A stretch of DNA of 64,000 bases, taken from NCBI GenBank assembly GCA_045634005.1, contig JAZQZL010000069.1, positions 3,075 through 67,074 of the forward strand, in the 5' to 3' direction. A model generated the notes under the pieces. The model saw only the letters and a list, made by a program, of their open reading frames with translations, ran no database searches and was not told the DNA's origin. This DNA comes from Candidatus Flemingiibacterium sp. (GTDB taxonomy: Bacteria > Bacillota > Clostridia > Oscillospirales > CAG-272). Position numbers and translations under genes: made by a program. Below are positions 18,381 through 26,731 of this stretch, one piece after another; the stretch's first letter is position 1, and every line of letters starts with the position of its first letter.

Positions 18381-18412
18381 CTTTTGCTAATGTGGACGAA
18401 ATTAGTGCAAAA

Positions 18413-19861
18413 TCAGTTCGCGCCTGACATTTTAAGCTTCGCAAGACCGCCCTCTGCTGTTTCCTTATACTGATGCGAGATGTCAAGTCCCGTCTGCTTC
18501 ATAACCGCGATGACCTTGTCAAGCGATATCTTTCTCGAATCGGACAAAAAGCTTGCAAGGCTGACTGCGTTGATAGCTCTCATCGCCGCGACCGCGTTAC
18601 GCTCGATGCAGGGTATCTGAACGAGTCCGCAAATGGGGTCACAGGTAAGTCCGAGGTGATGCTCTATGGCTATCTCCGCCGCATATTCGATCTTATCGAG
18701 CGAGAGCCCAAAAAGCTCTGCAAGAGCTGCCGCTGCCATAGCGCACGCGCTGCCGATCTCTGCCTGACAGCCGCATTCGCTGCCGGAGATGGACGCGTTG
18801 GTTTTTATAAGATTTCCGACGAGTCCGCCTGCCGCAAGCGCGTGAACGATCTCCGTGTCAGAGTATCCGCGCTTTTGCTGCTGATAGTAAAGTGCCGCCG
18901 GCACAACGCCGGACGCTCCACACGTCGGCGCGGTAACAATACGCTCTGCGCACGCATTCTGCTCGGCAACGGCAAACGCAAACGCACAAACCATTCGGTT
19001 TTCTCTCGTTTCCGCAGACTCATCAATATGCTGTGAGCTGTAAAGCTGCTTTGCACGCTTTTGCACCTCAAGTCCACCGGGGAGTATTCCCGTATCTGCA
19101 AGACCGTCGGCGATACTGCGCTTCATCTCGTGCCAGACGTACGTCAGATACTCGATTATCTCTCTTCCCTCAACCGCCTCTACGTACTGCCAAAGACGGA
19201 GATTTTCCCTCGTGCAGCAATCGGCGATGCTCTCAAAGGAAGCAACTCTGTAAATATCGTCGCCCTCGCCGAACTCCACGCCGTCAACAACGACCTTGCC
19301 GCCGCCGACGCTTAAGACGTGACTCCGGCCGTACTCCTTGCCGTTTTTGTATGCAAACAGCTCCATTGTGTTGGGGTGAATGAGAGGAATATCGCTCTTG
19401 TCAAACACTATCTCGCACGGTACGGGTGCAAGCGTTTTTTTGATAACCCTGTCCGTTCCGTGACCGACACCGGTCTTTGCAAGCGAGCCGTAAAGCACCG
19501 CCTTGAATGCATCTGCCTCGGGATACTTCTCGCGGAACATCTCGCAGGCGCGCTCCGGACCGATCGTGTGCGAGCTGGACGGACCGCATCCGACACGGTA
19601 TATACCTGTGAGAGATTTCATACCCGTAGCGGGAACCGCCTTTTTCGGCTCATTTTTATCGTCCGAGAGGAAATAGTCAACGGACACGCCGAAGATTTTT
19701 GAAAGTTTCAGAATGTTCTCGGTCGACGGCAAAGCAAGTCCCGTTTCCCACTTGGATACGGCACGGTTGCTCACGCCGAGCATTGAGCCGAGCTTTTGCT
19801 GTGTAATGCCGTTTTCGCGGCGTAAAGCCGCAAATTTTGCGGCGAAATTTTTCTCTGTCAT
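18413..19861 (-). CDS. XRE-family HTH domain fused to iron-sulfur L-serine dehydratase (single chain, beta+alpha)
   Basis: Residues 1-65 form a classic HTH_3 (LRRENGITQQKLGSMLGVSNRAVSKWETG). The rest carries GCGPSSSHTIGP and the Cys ligand motifs CGASGV, SECGCQAEIGSA and CDPICGLVQIPCIERNA of SdaA. Confidence 0.8.
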   Translation of the reverse strand: MTEKNFAAKFAALRRENGITQQKLGSMLGVSNRAVSKWETGLALPSTENILKLSKIFGVSVDYFLSDDKNEPKKAVPATGMKSLTGIYRVGCGPSSSHTIGPERACEMFREKYPEADAFKAVLYGSLAKTGVGHGTDRVIKKTLAPVPCEIVFDKSDIPLIHPNTMELFAYKNGKEYGRSHVLSVGGGKVVVDGVEFGEGDDIYRVASFESIADCCTRENLRLWQYVEAVEGREIIEYLTYVWHEMKRSIADGLADTGILPGGLEVQKRAKQLYSSQHIDESAETRENRMVCAFAFAVAEQNACAERIVTAPTCGASGVVPAALYYQQQKRGYSDTEIVHALAAGGLVGNLIKTNASISGSECGCQAEIGSACAMAAAALAELFGLSLDKIEYAAEIAIEHHLGLTCDPICGLVQIPCIERNAVAAMRAINAVSLASFLSDSRKISLDKVIAVMKQTGLDISHQYKETAEGGLAKLKMSGAN

Positions 19862-19893
19862 AGAGGGCCTCCGATTAGTGTTGTTCTACTGTA

Positions 19894-19922
19894 ATTCTAC
19901 TATATTTTTACCCACGTGTCAA
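19894..19922 (-). promoter_or_regulatory. Promoter of the HTH-serine dehydratase gene, with an overlapping direct repeat
   Basis: Minus strand: TTGACA, 17 bp, TAGAAT. AGTAGAA occurs twice 11 bp apart (plus TTCTACT at 19884-19890 and 19895-19901), spanning the -10 element and the start site. Confidence 0.5.
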
Positions 19923-19956
19923 TAGAAAAAACAAAAATAATCAACCGAAAGTTGAC

Positions 19957-19987
19957 AAAAAAAGAACGCCGTGCAATCACGGCGTTC
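19957..19987 (-). terminator. Terminator after the fucosidase gene
   Basis: GAACGCCGTG-N4-CACGGCGTTC followed by T7 on the minus strand. Confidence 0.8.
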
Positions 19988-20001
19988 CGTATGAGAATAT
20001 C

Positions 20002-21339
20002 TTACTTAAGGAAAAGCTCGATAACGGGGATTTCCACGTTAGGCTTGATGGTAGGAAGAATAAGACGAAGCTCGTTGTTGCCCTTCTTGATAACCTCGTG
20101 ACCGGCGTTAGTGTGGTCGATCACCTGACGCTTGAACTGGATCTCGCTTCCGTCGTGTAAGAACTGCGCGTACTCGACCTTATCGCCAAGATCGTCAAGA
20201 ATAAGCTGGCCGAACGGATATGCGAAAAGATGAACGTAAAGGCGCTTGCCGTCATCGCTCTGTGTGTAGCGAACGTCGTCGGGCTTGCCCGCGAGAAGCT
20301 CCGGCTCCGCCATCGTACAGCCGTAGATCGAGCGGCTGTTGTACTTCATCCAATCGGCGTAAACCTTGAGAGCTGCTTCTGCGCGGTAGTCAAACGTACC
20401 GCGAGCGGTGGGGCCTACGTTCATAATGAGGTTGCCGCCGCACGCGACTGTATTGATAAGCGTGCGCAGAAGCATCTCGGGCGACTTCCACGTATGCTGA
20501 TCGCGTGCGTAGCCCCAATGTCCGGAGAAGGTGTGGCAAACCTCCCACGTTATGTACTCGCCGGTTTCCTTGTGAGTAGCCCAGCTCTTTGGCTGCCACT
20601 GCTCGGGAGTAAAAAGGTCCTGCTCGATTCCGCAGCGGTCGTTGATAAGAATATGCGGCTGATACTTGCGAACAAGCTCGATAAGCTTTTCGGACTCCCA
20701 CTCCTCCTTACCCTTACCCGCCATACGCATCCAAGGTTGATCGTCGTGCTTCTTATACTGCGGATAGCTGAAATCAAACCACAGAATATCTATCTTGCCG
20801 TAGTTCGTCATAAGCTCGGTGACCTGATTTCTCATATACTCGGCGTATACGGTCATATCGCGATCCTTGTCGATCTCGGGAGCATTCGGGTGATTGCGCA
20901 GCGGATGCGTGTTGTCGAGCGGGAACTCGGGATGCTGCCAGTCGAGAAGCGAATAGTAGAAGCCGATATGTATGCCTTCTGCACGGAATGCGTCAACGTA
21001 CTCGCGTACGAGGTCTCGGCCTGCAGGAGTATTGGTAGCCTTAAAATCGGTGTACTTCGAATCGAAGAGGCAGAATCCGTCGTGATGCTTGGTGGTAAGA
21101 ACAACGTATTTCATACCTGCAGCCTTTGCCTGACGCGCCCATTCTCTTGCGTCGTAAAGGTCGGGGTTAAAGTGCTCAAAATATACCATATACTGCTCGG
21201 GCGACATCGTTTCAAGACCTCTTACCCATTCACCGCGTGCGGGAAGTGCGTAAAGTCCCCAGTGAATGAACATACCGAATCGGTCGTGACGGAACCATTC
21301 GGAGTCGCCGGGAGTTTTGCGAACAACGTAGCTGGACAT
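20002..21339 (-). CDS. Alpha-L-fucosidase, glycoside hydrolase family 29
   Basis: RFGMFIHWGLYA, TKHHDGF and related GH29 blocks. No signal peptide. Confidence 0.9.
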   Translation of the reverse strand: MSSYVVRKTPGDSEWFRHDRFGMFIHWGLYALPARGEWVRGLETMSPEQYMVYFEHFNPDLYDAREWARQAKAAGMKYVVLTTKHHDGFCLFDSKYTDFKATNTPAGRDLVREYVDAFRAEGIHIGFYYSLLDWQHPEFPLDNTHPLRNHPNAPEIDKDRDMTVYAEYMRNQVTELMTNYGKIDILWFDFSYPQYKKHDDQPWMRMAGKGKEEWESEKLIELVRKYQPHILINDRCGIEQDLFTPEQWQPKSWATHKETGEYITWEVCHTFSGHWGYARDQHTWKSPEMLLRTLINTVACGGNLIMNVGPTARGTFDYRAEAALKVYADWMKYNSRSIYGCTMAEPELLAGKPDDVRYTQSDDGKRLYVHLFAYPFGQLILDDLGDKVEYAQFLHDGSEIQFKRQVIDHTNAGHEVIKKGNNELRLILPTIKPNVEIPVIELFLK

Positions 21340-21637
21340 TTTTCGTCCTCCTGTTTATAAGAGTTGTTTAAACGGGTATCCCCGCCAATTTTATTATAAG
21401 TTATACCGCGGATATATGCAAGTAAAAAAACAGTTAAAAATATGAATTTTTCCGCAAATTGTATTTTTGTCCCCAAAGATTTTTTCATATTTACATATTT
21501 TTTCGAGGTAGAGTATTGCAATTTACAAAATTATGGTGTATCATATCATTGTCAGAAATGATTTCCGCGTGAAAATCCATATTCCAAATATGGATTTTAC
21601 AGTATACAGACATAAACAAAAAAACGGAGTGTCAGTG

Positions 21638-22441
21638 ATGATAATCAGAAAAAACTATGCCGCCATTGATATGATAAACGACGTCCATCTTCAAATGGTT
21701 GCCCTGGGTCACGCATCTACGGCGTCCGAGTGGGAGGGCAGCATCAAGTCGCCAATGTATGCAAGGCTTTATTACATCATCGGCGGTGATCCGTACGTTA
21801 TCATAAACGGAGAGCGAACCGAGCTTCACCACGGTCACTGCTACCTGTTCCCGACGGGATTTTCCTTCCGCCACGCATGTGATACAACTATGGAGCAGCT
21901 TTATTTCCACATAAACTTAAACGATTACAACGGCACGGACCTGCTTCGTGCGTGTAAGGGTATGATGGAGTATGAGCTGCCAAGCGGAGCCATCGAGCGG
22001 ACACTCGGGTATTTCTACAGCGAAAAGCTCGAGGACGCCCTTAAGCTACGTCAGGAGGTATACGATTCCCTCCTTGCGATGTTTGACAAATACGAGGTAA
22101 CACCGGCAAGCTCAAGCTACTCGCGTTGCGTTATGCTTGCGCTGAAATACATAAAATCGCATCTTTCACTTCAGCTTAGTGTTGAGGAGCTTGCGGCGGT
22201 TTCGTTTGTGTCCGACAGCACTCTGGCGAAAAAGTTCCACCAGGAGGTCGGTATTACCATAGGAAGCTACATCGACAGTATGATAATGTTCGAGGCCGAG
22301 CAGCTTCTGTTGAAGACCGATATGACCGTGCTTCAGATAAGCGAGCGCTTTGGCTTCTGCGACCAGTTTTATTTCTCTCGCAAATTCAAGCAAAAGTACG
22401 GAGAAACACCGCAGAAATACAGAAAGCTTAAATTGATTTAA
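21638..22441 (+). CDS. AraC family transcriptional regulator
   Basis: Start refined to ATG 21638 (MIIRKNY, RBS GGAG). Cupin-like N-domain and C-terminal HTH pair (VEELAAVSFVSDSTLAKKFHQEVG, ISERFGFCDQFYFSRKFKQKYG). Confidence 0.85.
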   Translation: MIIRKNYAAIDMINDVHLQMVALGHASTASEWEGSIKSPMYARLYYIIGGDPYVIINGERTELHHGHCYLFPTGFSFRHACDTTMEQLYFHINLNDYNGTDLLRACKGMMEYELPSGAIERTLGYFYSEKLEDALKLRQEVYDSLLAMFDKYEVTPASSSYSRCVMLALKYIKSHLSLQLSVEELAAVSFVSDSTLAKKFHQEVGITIGSYIDSMIMFEAEQLLLKTDMTVLQISERFGFCDQFYFSRKFKQKYGETPQKYRKLKLI

Positions 22442-22459
22442 GGCTCATATTCCCTTGTT

Positions 22460-22494
22460 TTGGGAATACAGTACAAAAACTTGGGAATTGTACA
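22460..22494 (+). repeat. 21-bp-phased direct repeat TTGGGAAT..GTACA x2 upstream of the first DUF4838-like gene
   Basis: TTGGGAATACAGTACA (22460-22475) and TTGGGAATTGTACA (22481-22494). Confidence 0.5.
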
Positions 22495-22496
22495 CC

Positions 22497-22525
22497 TTTT
22501 TCGTGTTTATACACTGTGATATAAT
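22497..22525 (+). promoter_or_regulatory. Extended -10 promoter with a poor -35 (activator-dependent look)
   Basis: TGaTATAAT at 22517-22525. The -35 position reads TTTTTC. Confidence 0.5.
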
Positions 22526-22576
22526 TATTGTGGCAATCGCCCGGTACAAACATATTTTTACATAGGAGAACACGCC

Positions 22577-24529
22577 ATGAAGATCATCACCGCTCATCGC
22601 GAAGAAACCGCAGTATACGCGGCAGAAGAGCTCAAAAAATATCTTGATATGATGGATCCTGCGCTTGGCACAGAGATCGTTTATACAGATGCACCAAATA
22701 AAGACGGCGGTATCGTTCTCGCGCTTATGAGCGAGTACGGACTCGAAACGCCCGAAATAACGGACCCCGTAACCGACGATATTCTCTACATCGACGTTAA
22801 GGACGGCAAGGGACTTATCGCAGGCTCAAACATTCGAAGCATACTCCTCTCGGTGTACCGCTACTTAACAGAAGCCGGTTGCCGCTTTATCCGTCCCGGT
22901 GCGAACGGCGAATATATCCCCACTCGCGATATGAGCAGCTTCTCGTGTAAGTACCGTCACGCGGCGGCGTACCCGTTCCGCGGCGAGTGCATAGAGGGCG
23001 CTGTAAGCTTCGAGCACGTTCGCGACACCATCATCTGGTCGCCGAAGGTCGGTATGAATATGTTCATGATGGAGCAGGTTGTTCCTTACAACTATATCAG
23101 CCGCTGGTACAAGCATCTGTCGAACACCGTGCTCGAGGACGAGAAAGTTTCCTTTGAGCAGGTAGGCGAGTTTGTAAAAGAGCTTGACGCGCTCGTCAAG
23201 AAGTGCGGTCTTCAGCATCACGCGCTCGGTCACGGCTATCTTCTTGAGCCGTACGGCGTTCACTACATCGACCGCTCGGTTGAATACCACCTCTCCGACG
23301 AGGCTATCGCAGATACCGCACTCGTCAAGGGGCAGCGCGGACTTTTCAGCCGTTCTCCTAACTTCACACAGCTTTGCTATTCCAAGAAGGAAATCAGAAA
23401 GAAGGCTATCGACTGGCTGGTTTCTTACGTTGAACAAAAGCCGTTCATCGACTTCTTGCACGTTTGGCTCGCGGACTCGATCAACAATCAGTGCGAGTGC
23501 GAATCCTGTCAGCCTCACCGCGTGTCCGACCTCTACGTTAAGATGCTCAACGAGCTCGACGAGGCGCTCACGGCAAAGGGACTTGACACCAAGATCGTGT
23601 TCATTCTCTATGTTGACACCAACTGGCCGCCTCTTTATGAAAAGATCAACAACCCCGACCGTTTCATAATGCTTACCGCAATCGGCGGTCGCGACTACGC
23701 GAAGCCGTATGACTCTACTCCCTATGAGGGCGAGATTCCCGAATACATAAAGAACGACTTTAAGCTCTCTACCTCCTTCCCGATGATCTTAAAGCTCATC
23801 GACGAGTGGAAGCCTGCGTTCGACGGCAGAAAGTTCGTTTACGAATACCATATGTACTCGCATCACTACGACGATCCCGGCTACGTACGCCTTTCAGAGC
23901 TCTTTATGCAGGATTGCAAAAATATCGGCCAGTTCGGCTTCGACGGCATCATCAGCGACCAGACACAGCGCTCGTTCTTCCCGAACGGACTTGCTATGTC
24001 CTCGTACGCTGCAGGCATGTACGACACCAAGACCGACTTCGACGCATTCAGCGAGGATTACTTCAAAGCCGCGTACGGCGCGGATTACAAGCTCGCAAAG
24101 GATTATCTCTACGAGATCTCCCGTCTTATGAGTCCCGACGTGCTTCAGATAAAGATGAGCATCGTCGACGTTGACGACGATCTCGGAAGCAAGGTTCGTA
24201 CTCCCGGACGTCCTTGGATCGGAAGTCCGAAGATGCAGGGATATTTCCGCGATGCGATGAAGCTTGCCGAGGACTTTGAGGCAGTTGCAAAGGCGCATAT
24301 GAACGGTGACAACGCAACCCACAATCACTCGTGGATGCTTCTCTACCACCACACGACCTACGTTCGTCACTATGCCGACACGCTTCTCGCGCGCTCGCTT
24401 GAGGATATGGACGGAGCACAGGAAAAGTACCGCGAGCTTATCGACACAATGTCGAGAATCGAGCTCGAGATCGCGCCCGAGTTTGACCTCCACCTCTTTG
24501 ATAATTCCATCAAGAGAAAGATTCAGTAA
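22577..24529 (+). CDS. Glycoside-hydrolase-like protein, DUF4838-like (family assignment tentative), tandem paralogue 1
   Basis: 650 aa. GH20b/GH67-N-like start (ETAVYAAEELKKYLDMM) and NNQCECESC (CxCxxC) motif. Highly similar to the next gene. No signal peptide. Confidence 0.45.
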   Translation: MKIITAHREETAVYAAEELKKYLDMMDPALGTEIVYTDAPNKDGGIVLALMSEYGLETPEITDPVTDDILYIDVKDGKGLIAGSNIRSILLSVYRYLTEAGCRFIRPGANGEYIPTRDMSSFSCKYRHAAAYPFRGECIEGAVSFEHVRDTIIWSPKVGMNMFMMEQVVPYNYISRWYKHLSNTVLEDEKVSFEQVGEFVKELDALVKKCGLQHHALGHGYLLEPYGVHYIDRSVEYHLSDEAIADTALVKGQRGLFSRSPNFTQLCYSKKEIRKKAIDWLVSYVEQKPFIDFLHVWLADSINNQCECESCQPHRVSDLYVKMLNELDEALTAKGLDTKIVFILYVDTNWPPLYEKINNPDRFIMLTAIGGRDYAKPYDSTPYEGEIPEYIKNDFKLSTSFPMILKLIDEWKPAFDGRKFVYEYHMYSHHYDDPGYVRLSELFMQDCKNIGQFGFDGIISDQTQRSFFPNGLAMSSYAAGMYDTKTDFDAFSEDYFKAAYGADYKLAKDYLYEISRLMSPDVLQIKMSIVDVDDDLGSKVRTPGRPWIGSPKMQGYFRDAMKLAEDFEAVAKAHMNGDNATHNHSWMLLYHHTTYVRHYADTLLARSLEDMDGAQEKYRELIDTMSRIELEIAPEFDLHLFDNSIKRKIQ

Positions 24530-24534
24530 TCTGC

Positions 24535-24573
24535 AAAAATCACAATACTGCTAAAAAAAATCACAATACTGCT
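24535..24573 (+). repeat. Perfect 18-bp direct repeat, 21-bp phasing
   Basis: AAAAATCACAATACTGCT at 24535-24552 and 24556-24573, abutting the -35 of the next promoter. Confidence 0.7.
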
Positions 24574-24602
24574 TGACATATACGCGCCACCGGTGTTAAA
24601 CT
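24573..24602 (+). promoter_or_regulatory. Promoter of paralogue 2
   Basis: TTGACA (24573-24578), 18 bp, TAAACT (24597-24602). Confidence 0.45.
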
Positions 24603-24622
24603 AATGGCGCGTATATATTTTT
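24578..24622 (+). terminator. Hairpin plus T-run after paralogue 1, overlapping the paralogue 2 promoter
   Basis: ATATACGCGCCA (24578-24589) / TGGCGCGTATAT (24605-24616), 15-nt loop, then ATTTTT. Confidence 0.55.
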
Positions 24623-24656
24623 GCGCCAAACACCGTCCACTAAAGGAGATGCTACG

Positions 24657-26618
24657 ATGAAGATACTCACAAATCACCGCGAGGAAACCGTAGTTTACGC
24701 GGCTGAAGAACTCAAAAAATATCTCGATATGATGTGCCCGGGATTTTGCACGGGCATCGAATACGCCGAAAAGGCAAAACGCACCGACGGCGCGATAGTT
24801 CTCGCGCTTATGGGCGAGCTCGGTCTTGACACACACGAGATGAAGGACCCGATGACCGACGATATTCTCTACATCGACGTCGAAAACGGCTCCGGTGTCA
24901 TCGCCGGCGGCAACATCCGAAGCATACTCCTTTCCGTATACCGTTATCTCAACAAGGCAGGCTGCCGCTTCATCCGTCCCGGCAAGGACGGTGAGATAAT
25001 TTCCTCGCGCGATATGGCCGCATTCTCCTTAAAATACCGCCACGTGCCGTCCTACCCGTTCCGCGGCGAGTGCATCGAGGGTGCCGTAACAGTCGAGCAG
25101 GTCATAGACTCGGTTATCTGGTCGCCGAAGGTCGGTATGAATATGTTTATGATCCAGCAGGTCGTTCCGTATAACCTTATGAGCCGTTGGTACAAGCATC
25201 TGTCGAACACGCGCCTTGAGGACGAAAATGTTCCCTTTGAGGAATACTGCAAGTTCACCGAGGATATTGAGAAGGCGATAAAGAAGGTCGGACTTCAGTA
25301 TCACGGTCCCGGACACGGATACCTCTTTGAGCCTTGGGGTATTCACTACCTCGACCGCACTATCGAGTATAATTTCTCCGATGAGGCTATCGCCGCGAGT
25401 GCGCTCGTTAACGGCAAACGCGGACTTTTCAGCCGCTCACCTAACTTCACCCAGCTTTGCTACTCAAGTCCCGACGTCAGAAAGAAGGTCGTCGACTGGC
25501 TTGTTGCGTTTGTTGAGAAAAAGCCGTTCCTCGATTTTCTCCACATCTGGCTTGCCGATTCGATCAACAATCAGTGCGAATGTGAAAACTGTGTAAAGCA
25601 CCGTGTGTCCGACCTTTACGTTACACTCCTTAACGAGCTTGACGCGGCGCTCGCAGCCAAGGGACTTGACACCAAGATCGTGTTCATTCTCTACACCGAA
25701 ACCAACTGGCCGCCGCTTTATGCGAAGCTTAATAATCCCAATCGCTTCATTATGCTCACAGCAATCGGCGGCAGAAACTTCAAGGACACCTACGATCCCC
25801 GAGAATACGACGGTCCCACACCGCCGTACGAGCGCAACAACTACACGATAACCACCGACTTCCCGCTTATCCGCCGATTTATCGACGAGTGGAAGCCCGC
25901 GTTCGACGGACCGAAGTTCTCGTATGAGTATCATCTCTATGCCGCACATTACAACGACCCAAGCTACGTCAACTTCGCAAAGGTGTTCCCGCGCGACGCC
26001 AAGACTATCGAGAAGTACGGCTTCAGTGGAATTATGAACTGTATGACACAGCGCTGTGCGTTCCCGACGGCACTTCCCATCGCCGTGTACTCCGAAACGA
26101 TGCTCGACAACTCCATCGAGTTCGAATCGTTCGAGGACGACTACTATAAAAGCGCATTCGGCACCGATTATACCGTCGCCAAGGATTACCTCTACTCGCT
26201 GTCGGAGCTTATGAATCTTGAAAACTTAAGCGTGCGCCTTGAGATTGCCGTCAACAACGATGAGGAAGGCTCGTCCGAAACCATTCGCCATAAGCCCTGG
26301 GCGGAGGATGAGAAAACGCGCGACGACTTCCGCGCCGCGATAAAGCTTGCCGCAACATTTGAATCGGTGGCAAAATCCTACGCCGAGAGCGAAAAGCACC
26401 CTACAGTTGCACGCTCGTGGGAGCTTCTCTACTACCACACCTTCTACGTCCGCCATCTTGCAGAGGTATATCTGACTCACGGGCAGGGCGATATAGAAGC
26501 AACCCGCAAAAGATATGCAGAAATGATAGACGCACTCTCCGAAATGGAGCCGAAGATCGCCGACGCGTTCGACCTGCACATATTCGACAGCTCCACAAAG
26601 AGAAAGCTCGAGATATAA
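24657..26618 (+). CDS. Glycoside-hydrolase-like protein, DUF4838-like (tentative), tandem paralogue 2
   Basis: Start refined to ATG 24657 (MKILTNHREETVVYAAEELKKYLDMM, RBS AAAGGAG). Collinear with paralogue 1, including NNQCECENC. Confidence 0.45.
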   Translation: MKILTNHREETVVYAAEELKKYLDMMCPGFCTGIEYAEKAKRTDGAIVLALMGELGLDTHEMKDPMTDDILYIDVENGSGVIAGGNIRSILLSVYRYLNKAGCRFIRPGKDGEIISSRDMAAFSLKYRHVPSYPFRGECIEGAVTVEQVIDSVIWSPKVGMNMFMIQQVVPYNLMSRWYKHLSNTRLEDENVPFEEYCKFTEDIEKAIKKVGLQYHGPGHGYLFEPWGIHYLDRTIEYNFSDEAIAASALVNGKRGLFSRSPNFTQLCYSSPDVRKKVVDWLVAFVEKKPFLDFLHIWLADSINNQCECENCVKHRVSDLYVTLLNELDAALAAKGLDTKIVFILYTETNWPPLYAKLNNPNRFIMLTAIGGRNFKDTYDPREYDGPTPPYERNNYTITTDFPLIRRFIDEWKPAFDGPKFSYEYHLYAAHYNDPSYVNFAKVFPRDAKTIEKYGFSGIMNCMTQRCAFPTALPIAVYSETMLDNSIEFESFEDDYYKSAFGTDYTVAKDYLYSLSELMNLENLSVRLEIAVNNDEEGSSETIRHKPWAEDEKTRDDFRAAIKLAATFESVAKSYAESEKHPTVARSWELLYYHTFYVRHLAEVYLTHGQGDIEATRKRYAEMIDALSEMEPKIADAFDLHIFDSSTKRKLEI

Positions 26619-26662
26619 ATCGCCTTATACACTAAAATTTTACATAAATATTTTAAAACCCC

Positions 26663-26691
26663 TTGATTTACACGCACTTTTAGAGTATAAT
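26663..26691 (+). promoter_or_regulatory. fba promoter
   Basis: TTGATT, 17 bp, TATAAT. Confidence 0.6.
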
Positions 26692-26731
26692 AATATCGTA
26701 TGAATTAAAAATCTTTTAGGAGAGTATAAAA

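Noticed and set aside
21222-21521. ORF 21222-21521 (-) in the fucosidase/AraC divergent region as a small gene.
   Set aside because: It overlaps the 5' end of the fucosidase gene out of frame and continues through the AT-rich promoter region. There is no RBS or recognisable motif.
22448-22468. Inverted repeat TATTCCC-N7-GGGAATA after the AraC gene as a terminator.
   Set aside because: It has a short 7-bp AT-rich stem without a following T-run. The right arm is part of the TTGGGAAT direct repeat, so a protein-binding role is more plausible.
24578-24616. The hairpin between the tandem paralogues as a riboswitch or T-box.
   Set aside because: It is only a simple 12-bp stem with a 15-nt loop and a T-run, with no conserved riboswitch core. 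The terminator/promoter overlap is the simpler reading.
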